Origin: Nemertoderma westbladi
Taxonomy: Eukaryota > Animalia > Xenacoelomorpha
Assembly: GCA_032718475.1 (NCBI GenBank)
Contig: JAUCBJ010003471.1
Coordinates: 12,830 to 76,829, forward strand
Length of the DNA stretch: 64,000 bases
Direction: 5' to 3'
Shown here: one piece after another, positions 37,501 through 49,500 of the stretch
Numbering within the stretch: the stretch's first letter is position 1
How the letters are laid out: each line of letters opens with the position of its first letter
Notes under the pieces: generated by a model
What the model was told of the DNA's origin: nothing
Databases searched by the model: none
Seen by the model: only the letters and a program-made list of their open reading frames with translations
Program-made: the position numbers and the translations under genes

Positions 37501-40500
37501 TAGTTAGATATTAGTTATAGTTAGATATTAGTTATAGTTAGATATTAGTTATAGTTAGATATTAGTTATAGTTAGATATTAGTTATAGTTAGATATTAGT
37601 TATAGTTAGATATTAGTTATAGTTAGATATTAGTCATAGTTAGATATTAGTTATAGTTAGATATTAGTTATAGTTAGATATTAGTTATAGTTAGATATTA
37701 GTTATAGTTAGATATTAGTTATAGTTAGATATTAGATATAGTTAGATATTAGTTATAGTTAGATCTTAGTTATAGTTAGATATTAGTTATAGTTAGATAT
37801 TAGTTATAGTTAGATATTAGTTATAGTTATATATTAGTTATAGTTAGATATTAGTTATAGTTAGATATTAGTTATAGTTAGATATTAGCTATAGTTAGAT
37901 ATTAGTTATAGTTAGATATTAGTTATAGTTAGATATTAGTTATAGTTAGATATTAGTTATAGTTAGATATTAGTTATAGTTAGATATTAGTTATAAATAA
38001 AAACAATTATTATTTCACCATTAAACGAAGTAGATTATTCTCTAAAACTTTCAACTTAATGATTTCCCATGAGCTTACAATTTTCTGAAATATGCTACTC
38101 CTACTAACTAAACTAACGGTATCGTAATAAGAGCATTGCTAGGTCTATTTACTAGATTCACTCCAAATTGATTATATGAAAAGTTGGCCTCGGAGCCTGG
38201 TAACCCATAATATACCGCATAATCCTAGCAGTCTGTAACATCTGATTTCTTGCCAACTACTTCCATACTAATATTGTCTTCCGCTAAACACGAATTGGCT
38301 TTCCGTTTACCAACCACTCTGCTTTCCTCGATAAATGAGTGCTGGATAATATCAAATAGAACTGCGGTTGAATGGAACCGGTAGAAAATGGGAAAAGGCA
38401 AAGTTGTATATCGTATGATAGCCCAGGTGCGTCGGTCGAAGTAGCTGAGAATTCCAGGATGGTAAATGGGTCTCTCCATCTCGCTAATGCTGTGCATCCA
38501 AAAACACAAGTTCAGAAAGAACACCAAAGTTATCAGTTGTTTGTCGCCACAATTACGGCGTCCCATTGGTCCGCATATGCGGTGACCACGTTTCATTGCT
38601 TCCAATAGAAAGATAGCCTGAATAGAGACTTGGAGAACTTCAAATATAAATATGGCGAGTGATGATGGGTTGAATGGGTTATCTGGAAGCACAAGAATGA
38701 TAGCGTAGCAAATGGTAATTCCACTGGTAACAGTTATTAACAGAGAGAACAGAAGTAAAACAACGTCCATAAGTTCATGAAATTCCGCGTGTCGATGGTG
38801 AAACCTAATCAAACTCATAAGTACAATAACGATGGAGACTACAGACACAATCATTAGAGAAAGTAGAACTGCGTGGTAGATAGGTAGATATATGTAAATA
38901 TTGTCAACACTAAGTAGAAATCTGCAACAGACAAGTAAGGCGAAATCGCCAATAACTATAGCAAATCCAGGAAGTAGGCCTCCTCGGTTGGATTTAACCA
39001 ACTGTTTTACTACCTTCCAGTGCATTTTTACTCGGTAATTCGAGGAGCCAAAAGGTTTATTTACACCGATATTCATCCACATCATAAGGAAGAAGCATGC
39101 GATGGCGACCTTGAACTCTATGGACATCGCGATTAGCGAGGCGTATGAATGGTCCACCAAATCCGATACATCCTCCTGCAAGAGCCCAAAGAGACCCAAT
39201 ACATTATTCTGTTTGTGACTGTCGGCAACCCCTGCCATCGCTTCGGACGCAACCAAACCGAACCAACCGATAATGTTGACGGACACGAGATGGAGGAGAC
39301 AGAATCTCGAGGAAGTGGCTCGCGTTCGGGAGACACGCGTCTCGGAGTAGAGACACACAACCAGTGTCTGAACGACGGCGAGTATGCCCTGCAGCACATA
39401 CCACAACACATAAGTGATACCCTGGTGGAAGGATTCCCGAGTTAAGATAAGTACAGGTTTACGGACGCAGTGGATAACTTCCCCCAATCCGAACACAACT
39501 GTAGCTACTTTCAGATAAATGTTACCGGTGTGCGGGTCAAACGGGTTGTTGCCTTGTCTACGGTCTGGGTAGAGAACGCCCAGCAGATAGATTCCCGTTG
39601 CTATGCCCACAGATGTTATGATCAGTAAGAAAACGACAAGGTTATCCCAGAGACTCGGGTCCATGCTAGCCATTATCACCATGGCAACCCCGAGAGAAGC
39701 AAGGAATCCCCCGTAAAAGACGCTGGTAGCTATTGACAGCCAAGTTGTAAAGTCATTGTCTGCCCTTCCCTTTACTGGAAGTGGTATTACGTCACCAACT
39801 GCTTCAGTATTCATCATTGTGATATGAGACAATAATTATAGTAAATCAATATAACAAAAAGCCTATATAACATTGAAGTAAATTAAAATGTAACAGATGG
39901 CCGCAGCCAGATTCAATTTAAGATTCATAAGCAGATCAATTTGATTGGCCGGCTCAGTTGGCTTATCACATAGGCCTAGCATAATTCTAGTCTTACACAT
40001 ATACTACAGAAATCTGATTTGCAGGGCTTAGATATTATTAATGCAAAATGTAATTAAATTGTGGACTTTACCACAAGTTCTTAGTTCAGTGTGCGCTGCA
40101 TTGCATTTTGTTTCTAGGATTAAAAAATGCTGGTACCTTTTCACTTCGTCACACTAATTAGTATTTATCGTCAGCTACATTCGTTAGAGAGGCATCGAGT
40201 CATGACATGATGGACTGCAATATGTTACACTAGCAGCAAGACCATTGAAACACAAACCGGTATTAATTAGTATTCATAGGTCACGTCATTGAGGGTGAGT
40301 TTCCCAAATCATGGCTTTGCTTCATTTAACACTGTGTTTAACTACTAGCGTAAATGCTTCGGTAAAGTTGAGTTCTATGAGTGGGTTTAATGAAATGTTA
40401 AATTCGTTCCTATCCCTCACCCGACCCATTCGGTGATTACAGCCATTCGAAAGACGACACCACACGGTACACAATAGTATTTGAATTCCCCTCCCTTTAT

Positions 40501-43500
40501 TGTTAATAATCGCAATTAATTTCATTGGCTGTTTATTTCACCTGGAATACTAAATAGTAGGTCAGAATAGAATCAATTTTCTTGGAATTTTTTCAATTTA
40601 CTATAATATTATTATAGAATTATTATTACAATATAATATTATTAATATAATAATATTATTAGACACGTCACGTCATATAATATGTAATACTAATTAATAA
40701 GATGGTAATACAAATACAATAAGTAACAACTCATTCAACTCTGAAAGAATAGCCTTTTAGAGGTAAAATATACCTAGCAATTAATAACGTATGGAACATA
40801 AGTGTTGGTGTTTAGTCTATATAGAGCGGCAACCATTTGGTACCAAACTGAATATTCCAATTAGAGTCAATAAACCGAAGTAATACCATGGTATACAGGC
40901 TATTCGATGTACCGTAATAATTAAATTACCCATGGTAAAAACCCTTTAGATCTGAATACTTCAACCATAATAAATAGCTTTTAATATTACCCATGGTACA
41001 CGACACCTCATTTCCAATATAGAATAATAATACCCATGGTACACCCCCTTTTAATATCCATGGTAAACCCCCTTTCCAATATAGAATAATAATACCCATG
41101 GTACACCCCCTTTTAATATCCATGGTACACCCCCTTTTAATATCCATGGTACACCCCCTTTCCAATATAGAATAATACCCATGTTACACCCCCTTTCCAT
41201 TATAGAATAATAATACCCATGGTACAGCCCCTTTCCTTGTGTCTGGTTTGTAATTCAGGGGCAATAGAAGATGAACTAAACTTTTTATTGATATGTCCGG
41301 CTTACAGAGAACTCAGATCAGACAGAATATATAAAACGGCATTTCCACATAATCCCGACCGAATACAAATTTCGTAAACTACTTTTATCTCAGTCCAGAC
41401 TTGAAATCAAAAATCTATATATTTTCACATATAAGGGATTTAAACTTCGTAATAACTTATTGGCGTAGATCTTTTCAAATTGTGTACTGTTATCGTTACT
41501 TTACAATCTTTTAGACAATCATTACTTTATTTCGGCGCTGGAGTTACAAACTGTAAATATGTTTAATAATTTGGTGTTCCATGTATCCTCCCTGTATCAG
41601 GTGCACTGTGCAGTTATTTATATTATGTATATTCAACTCACAGCCCGAATAGTGCTAGTTGCTTCTATTAAACGAATTATGTTTGTTGTTCCAATATAGA
41701 ATAATAATACCCATGGTACAGCCCCTTTCCAATATAGAATAATACCCACCCATGTTACACCACCTTTCCAATATAGAATAATACCCATGGTACACCCCCT
41801 TTTAATATCCATGGTACACACCATTTCCAATATAGCATAATAATAATACCCATGGTACACCCCCTTTCCAATATAGCATAATACTATCCGTGGTACACCG
41901 CCTTTCCAATATATTATAATAATATCCATGGTATACACCATTTCTAATCCATGTAGCATAACCGCCTACCCATAATTTATTATTGGTTTATTAGAGGGTT
42001 GAGCACAGTGGCAGCAGATGATGGTATTAAACAGATGGGAGGCCACGAGGAGATTAATTGCGGACATACAAGGTATCGGGTAGTATAGTATTTCCAGGTC
42101 CAGGTTTACCTTTTACCTGACCAGCTAGCTGAATGGTTAGAGCGTCAGATTTCCAACCCGGGGGTCTCCAGTTCGATCCCACCTGTATGTCATCTCCGAC
42201 TTTGCAAAGCTGGACCCAAAAAAAGTTATAATAATGTGAAACAACTCATTCACCCATAACACCAATAGTAAATTATAAAAATATACCGGACGCATTTCCC
42301 TATGCGTGTTACTGTTCAGCCTAAATTAGTAGTTACTAGAGTGTAGAATTAATCATTGTGGCCGTAATGGTTCATGATTAATATACGCCACCCTTTCGTT
42401 GTACCGAGTGGTTAAAGACGGCCAAGTAGCCTAGAGTTTAGGATTGAGCACAGTGGCAGCATATGATGATGGTAGTGACAGACGGGAGCTCATGAGGTGG
42501 TCAATTGCGGACATACAAGGTATAATTAAGAATTCCAAGGGTACACCCCCTTTCCATTATAGAATAATAATATCCATGGTAAACCCCATTTCCATTATAG
42601 AATAATAATACCCATGAAACAGATAATTTGAAAACTTCATAGCTAACCAATGTTGCAATGGGCCCAGATCCTAATGGAAAAATATCGGATAAAATACGCA
42701 GATGAGAAATAAAATAAATTTCGCCGACTCGGGAAATAGTTAGTGAACTATTTCAAGTCCTTTTAATCCACTTTTATTAATAACTGCAATTATTGATTAC
42801 CGATACCACCTTTGATTTGTTTCATTTCATACAAATAGATAAGGAAGAGGCAATAAGATAGCTATATTGAGTCTTCGATCATGTTGCATACACACATCGC
42901 TTTATTGTCGAAGGGTTGCCACACTTTATTTACCACTTTTCAATGTTATGTAATTGTTTCACAAAGTTTGCGGATTCTTTAGTCTCTAATTTAAGGAAGC
43001 CCTCCATAGGATTTTTGGCTAATTTGTGTTTATATAACTAACAAGCCGCCAATGGTGCAAACCTTAGACGTATTGGTATTGGACTGAAATGTGGCTTCTC
43101 TGATCCTCGTATGTTGTCGGTAAATATGTGTAAAAATACAAAATGGTACATTAATGATAATAACATATACCTAATTAATGTGTGTAAGGAGCTGCTGAAG
43201 TGTAAAACAAATGAATTTTTCGTGCAGGGTTTCTCGGGTTTCTCGGACTCAGAATTGAATTATATGTTAAAATTTGTGTTTGCACACGGTAATTTTTATT
43301 ATTGCTTATTGTCAGTCAGTTTTTTGTCCAGCACTCGAAAACATTGAAAGATTCGAGAATGAAAGTCAGCACTCAAAAACATTGAAAGATTCGAGAATGA
43401 AAGACAGCACTCCAAAACCTTGAAAGGTTCGAGAATGAAAGCCAGCACTCCAAAACCTTGAAAGGTTCGAGAATGAAAGTCAGCACTCCAAAACCTTGAA

Positions 43501-46500
43501 AGGTTCGATAATGAAAGTCAGCACTCCAAAACCTTGAAAAGTTCGAGAATGGAAGTCAACACTCCAAAACCTTGAAAGGATTGATAATGAAAGTCAGCAC
43601 TCCAAAACCTTGAAAAGTTCGAGAATGGAAGTCAGCACTCCAAAACCTTGAAAGGATTGATAATGAAAGTCAGCACTCCAAAACCTTGAAGGGTTCGACA
43701 ATGAAAGTCAGCACTCCAAAACCTTGAAATGATTGAGAATGAAAGTCAGCACTCCAAAACCTTGAAAGGTTCGAGACTGAAAGTCAGCACTCCAAAACCT
43801 TGAAAAGTTCGAGAATGAAAGACAGCACTCCAAAACCTTGAAAAGTTCGAGAATGGAAGTCAGCACTCCAAAACCTTGAAAAGTTCGAGAATGGAAGTCA
43901 GCACTCCAAAACCTTGAAAAGTTCGAGAATGGAAGTCAGCACTCCAAAACCTTGAAAAGTTCGAGAATGGAAGTCAGCACTCCAAAACCTTGAAAAGTTC
44001 GAGAATGAAAGTCAGCACTCCAAAACCTTGAAAGGTTCGATAATGAAAGTCAGCACTCCAAAACCTTGAAAAGTTCGAGAATGGAAGTCAGCACTCCAAA
44101 ACCTTGAAAGGATTGATAATGAAAGTCAGCACTCCAAAACCTTGAAAAGTTCGAGAATGGAAGTCAACACTCCAAAACCTTGAAAGGATTGATAATGAAA
44201 GTCAGCACTCCAAAACCTTGAAAAGTTCGAGAATGGAAGTCAGCACTCCAAAACCTTGAAAGGATTGATAATGAAAGTCAGCACTCCAAAACCTTGAAGG
44301 GTTCGACAATGAAAGTCAGCACTCCAAAACCTTGAAATGATTGAGAATGAAAGTCAGCACTCCAAAACCTTGAAAGGTTCGAGACTGAAAGTCAGCACTC
44401 CAAAACCTTGAAAAGTTCGAGAATGAAAGACAGCACTCCAAAACCTTGAAAAGTTCGAGAATGGAAGTCAGCACTCCAAAACCTTGAAAAGTTCGAGAAT
44501 GGAAGTCAGCACTCCAAAACCTTGAAAAGTTCGAGAATGGAAGTCAGCACTCCAAAACCTTGAAAAGTTCGAGAATGGAAGTCAGCACTCCAAAACCTTG
44601 AAAAGTTCGAGAATGAAAGTCAGCACTCCAAAACCTTGAAAGGTTCGATAATGAAAGTCAGCACTCCAAAACCTTGAAAAGTTCGAGAATGGAAGTCAGC
44701 ACTCCAAAACCTTGAAAGGATTGATAATGAAAGTCAGCACTCCAAAACCTTGAAAAGTTCGAGAATGGAAGTCAGCACTCCAAAACCTTGAAAGGATTGA
44801 TAATGAAAGTCAGCACTCCAAAACCTTGAAGGGTTCGACAATGAAAGTCAGCACTCCAAAACCTTGAAATGATTGAGAATGAAAGTCAGCACTCCAAAAC
44901 CTTGAAAGGTTCGAGACTGAAAGTCAGCACTCCAAAACCTTGAAAGGATTGAGAATGAAAGACAGCACTCCAAAACCTTGAAAGGATTGAGAATGAAAGA
45001 CAGCACTCCAAAACCTTAAAGGTTCGAGAATGAAAGACAGCACTCCAAAACCTTAAAGGTTCGAGAATGAATGTCAGCACTCCAAAACCTTGAAAAGTTC
45101 GAGACTGAAAGTCAGCACTCCAAAACCTTGAAAGGATTGAGAATGAAAGTCAGCACTCCAAAACCTTAAAGGTTCGAGAATGAATGTCAGCACTCCAAAA
45201 CCTTGAAAAGTTCGAGACTGAAAGTCAGCACTCCAAAACCTTGAAAGGTTCGAGACTGAAAGTCAGCACTCCAAAACCTTGAAAGGTTCGAGACTGAAAG
45301 TCAGCACTCCAAAACCTTGAAGGGTTCGACAATGAAAGTCAGCACTCCAAAACCTTGAAATGATTGAGAATGAAAGTCAGTACTCCAAAACCTTGAAGGT
45401 TCTAGAATGAAAGTCAGTACTCCAAAACCTTGAAGGTTCGAGAATGAAAGTCAGCACTCCAAAACCTTAAAGGTTCGAGAATGAAAGTCAGCACTCCAAA
45501 ACCTTGAAAGGTTCGAGAATGAAAGTCAGCACTCCAAAACCTTGAAATGATTGAGAATGAAAGTCAGCACTCCAAAACCTTGAAATGTTCGAGAATGAAA
45601 GTCATCACTCCAAAACCTTGAAAGGATTGATACTGAAAGTCAGCACTCCAAAACCTTGAAAGGATTGATACTGAAAGTCAGCACTCCAAAATCTTGAAAG
45701 GATTGAGAATGAATGTCAGCACTACAAAACCTTGAAAGGATTGATAATGAAAGTCAGCACTCCAAAACCTTGAAAGGTTCGAGAATGAAAGTCAGCACTC
45801 CAAAACCTTGAAAGGATTGATACTGAAAGTCAGCACTCCAAAACCTTGAAAGGATTGAGAATGAATGTCAGCACTCCAAAACCTTGAAATGATTGAGAAT
45901 GAAAGTCAGTACTCCAAAACCTTGAAATGATTGAGAATGAAAGTCAGTACTCCAAAACCTTGAAAGGTTCGAGACTGAAAGTCAGCACTCCAAAACCTTG
46001 AAAGGTTCGAGAATGAAAGTCAGTACTCCAAAACCTTAAAGGTTCGAGAATGAAAGTCAGCACTCCAAAACCTTGAAATGATTGAGAATGAAAGTCAGCA
46101 CTCCAAAACCTTGAAAGGTTCGAGACTGAAAGTCAGCACTCCAAAACCTTGAAATTGTTCGAAAATGAAAGTCAGTACTCCAAAACCTTAAAGGTTCGAG
46201 AATGAAAGTCAGCACTCCAAAACCTTGAAAGGATTGAGAATGAATGTCAGCACTCCAAAACCTTGAAATGTTCGAGATTGAAAGTCAGCACTCCAAAACC
46301 TTGAAATTGTTCGAGAATGAAAGTCAGTACTCCAAAACCTTAAAGGTTCGAGAATGAAAGTCAGCACTCCAAAACCTTGAAATGTTCGAGAATGAAAGTC
46401 AGCACTCCAAAACCTTGAAATTGTTCGAGAATGAAAGTCAGTACTCCAAAACTTTAAAGGTTCGAGAATGAAAGTCAGCACTCCAAAACCTTGAAAGGAA

Positions 46501-49500
46501 TGAGAATGAAAGTCAGCACTCCAAAACCTTGAAAGGATTGAGAATGAATGTCAGCACTCCAAAACCTTGAAAGGATTGATAATGAAAGTCAGCACTCCAA
46601 TACCTTGAAAGGATTGAGAATGAATGTCAGCACTCCAAAACCTTGAAAGGATTGATAATGAAAGTCAGCACTCCAAAACCTTGAAAGGTTCGAGAATGAA
46701 AGTCAGCACTCCAAAACCTTGAAATTGTTCGAGAATGAAAGTCAGTACTCCAAAACCTTGAAGGTTCGAGAATGAAAGTCAGCACTCCAAAACCTTAAAG
46801 GTTCGAGAATGAAAGTCAGCACTCCAAAACCTTGAAATGTTCGAGAATGAAAGTCAGTACTCCAAAACCTTGAAGGTTCGAGAATGAAAGACAGCACTCC
46901 AAAACCTTGAAGGTTCGAGAATGAAAGTCAGCACTCCAAAACCTTAAAGGTTCGAGAATGAAAGTCAGCACTCCAAAACCTTGAAGGTTCGAGAATGAAA
47001 GTCAGCACTCCAAAACCTTAAAGGTTCGAGAATGAAAGTCAGCACTCCAAAACCTTGAAGGTTCGAGAATGAAAGTCAGTACTCCAAAACCTTGAAAGGA
47101 TTGAGAATGAATGTCAGCATTCCAATCCAAAACCTTGAATGGATTGATAATGAAAGTCAGCACTCCAAAACCTTGAAAGGTTCGAGAATGAAAGTTAGCA
47201 CTCCAAAACCTTGAAAGGTTCGAGAATGAAAGTCAGCACTCCAAAACCTTGAAAGGTTCGAGAATGAAAATCAGCACTCCAAAACCTTGAAAGGATTGAT
47301 AATGAAAGTCAGCACTCCAAAACCTTGAAAGGATTGATAATGAAAGTCAGCACTCCAAAACCTTGAAAGGTTCGAGAATGAAAGTCAGCACTCCAAAACC
47401 TTGAAAGGATTGATACTGAAAGTCAGCACTCCAAAACCTTGAAAGGATTGATACTGAAAGTCAGCACTCCAAAACTTTGAAAGGTTCGAGAATGAAAGTC
47501 AGCACTCCAAAACCTTGAAAGGATTGATACTGAAAGTCAGCACTCCAAAACCTTGAAAGGTTCGAGAATGAAAGTCAGCACTCCAAAACCTTGAAAGGAT
47601 TGATACTGAAAGTCAGCACTCCAAAACCTTGCAAGGTTCGAGAATGAAAGTCAGCACTCCAAAACCTTGAAAGGTTCGAGAATGAAAGTCAGCACTCCAA
47701 AACCTTGAAAGATTCGAGAATGAAAGTCAGCACTCCAAAACCTTGAAATGATTGAGAATGAAAGTCAGCACTCCAAAACCTTGAAAGGTTCGAGACTGAA
47801 AGTCAGCACTCCAAAATCTTGAAAGGACTGAGAATGAATGTCAGTACTCCAAAACCTTGAAGGGTTCGAGAATGAGAGTCAGCACTCCAAAACCTTGAAA
47901 GGTTCGAGAATGAAAGTCAGCACTCCAAAACCTTGAAGGTTCGAGAATGAAAGACAGCACTCCAAATTCTTGAAAGGTTCGAGACTGAAAGTCAGCACTC
48001 CAAAATCTTGAAATGTTCGAGAATGAAAGTCAGCACTTCAAAACATTGAAAGGATTGAGAATGCAAGTCAGCACTCCAAAACCTTGAAATGTTCGAGACT
48101 GAAAGTCAGCACTCCAAAACCTTGAAGGGTTCGAGACTGAAAGTCAGCACTCCAAAACCTTGAAGGGTTCGAGACTGAAAGTCAGCACTCCAAAACCTTG
48201 AAAGGATTGATAATGAAAGTCAGCACTCCAAAACCTTGAAAGGTTCGAGACTGAAAGTCAGCACTCCAAAACCTTGAAATTGTTCGAAAATGAAAGTCAG
48301 CACTCCAAAACCTTGAAGGGTTCGAGACTGAAAGTCAGCACTCCAAAACCTTGAAGGGTTCGAGACTGAAAGTCAGCACTCCAAAACCTTGAAAGGATTG
48401 ATAATGAAAGTCAGCACTCCAAAACCTTGAAGGGTTCGAGACTGAAAGTCAGCACTCCAAAACCTTGAAGGGTTCGAGACTGAAAGTCAGCACTCCAAAA
48501 CCTTGAAAGGATTGATAATGAAAGTCAGCACTCCAAAACCTTGAAATTGTTCGAAAATGAAAGTCAGCACTCCAAAACCTTGAAGGGTTCGAGACTGAAA
48601 GTCAGCACTCCAAAACCTTGAAAGGATTGATAATGAAAGTCAGTACTCCAAAACATTGAAAGGATTGATAATGAAAGTCAGCACTCCAAAACCTTGAAAG
48701 GTTCGAAACTGAAAGTCAGCACTCCAAAACCTTGAAAGGTTCGAGACTGAAAGTCAGCACTCCAAAACCTTGAAAAGTTCGAGAATGGAAGTCAGCACTC
48801 CAAAACCTTGAAAAGTTCGAGAATGAAAGTCAGCACTCCAAAACCTTGAAAGGTTCGATAATGAAAGTCAGCACTCCAAAACCTTGAAAAGTTCGAGAAT
48901 GGAAGTCAGCACTCCAAAACCTTGAAAGGATTGATAATGAAAGTCAGCACTCCAAAACCTTGAAAAGTTCGAGAATGGAAGTCAGCACTCCAAAACCTTG
49001 AAAGGATTGATAATGAAAGTCAGCACTCCAAAACCTTGAAGGGTTCGACAATGAAAGTCAGCACTCCAAAACCTTGAAATGATTGAGAATGAAAGTCAGC
49101 ACTCCAAAACCTTGAAAGGTTCGAGACTGAAAGTCAGCACTCCAAAACCTTGAAAGGATTGAGAATGAAAGACAGCACTCCAAAACCTTGAAAGGATTGA
49201 GAATGAAAGACAGCACTCCAAAACCTTAAAGGTTCGAGAATGAAAGACAGCACTCCAAAACCTTAAAGGTTCGAGAATGAATGTCAGCACTCCAAAACCT
49301 TGAAAAGTTCGAGACTGAAAGTCAGCACTCCAAAACCTTGAAAGGATTGAGAATGAAAGTCAGCACTCCAAAACCTTAAAGGTTCGAGAATGAATGTCAG
49401 CACTCCAAAACCTTGAAAAGTTCGAGACTGAAAGTCAGCACTCCAAAACCTTGAAAGGTTCGAGACTGAAAGTCAGCACTCCAAAACCTTGAAAGGTTCG

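Noticed and set aside
35747-37995. Interstitial telomeric repeat
   Set aside because: Contains TTAG but not TTAGG or TTAGGG units.
39818-39832. ORF-track start of otopetrin
   Set aside because: It is a TTG codon. The first ATG is at 39817, although an unseen upstream exon cannot be excluded.
42122-42190. Functional tRNA-Gly(TCC)
   Set aside because: Acceptor, anticodon and T stems do not pair. Kept only as a SINE head or pseudogene.
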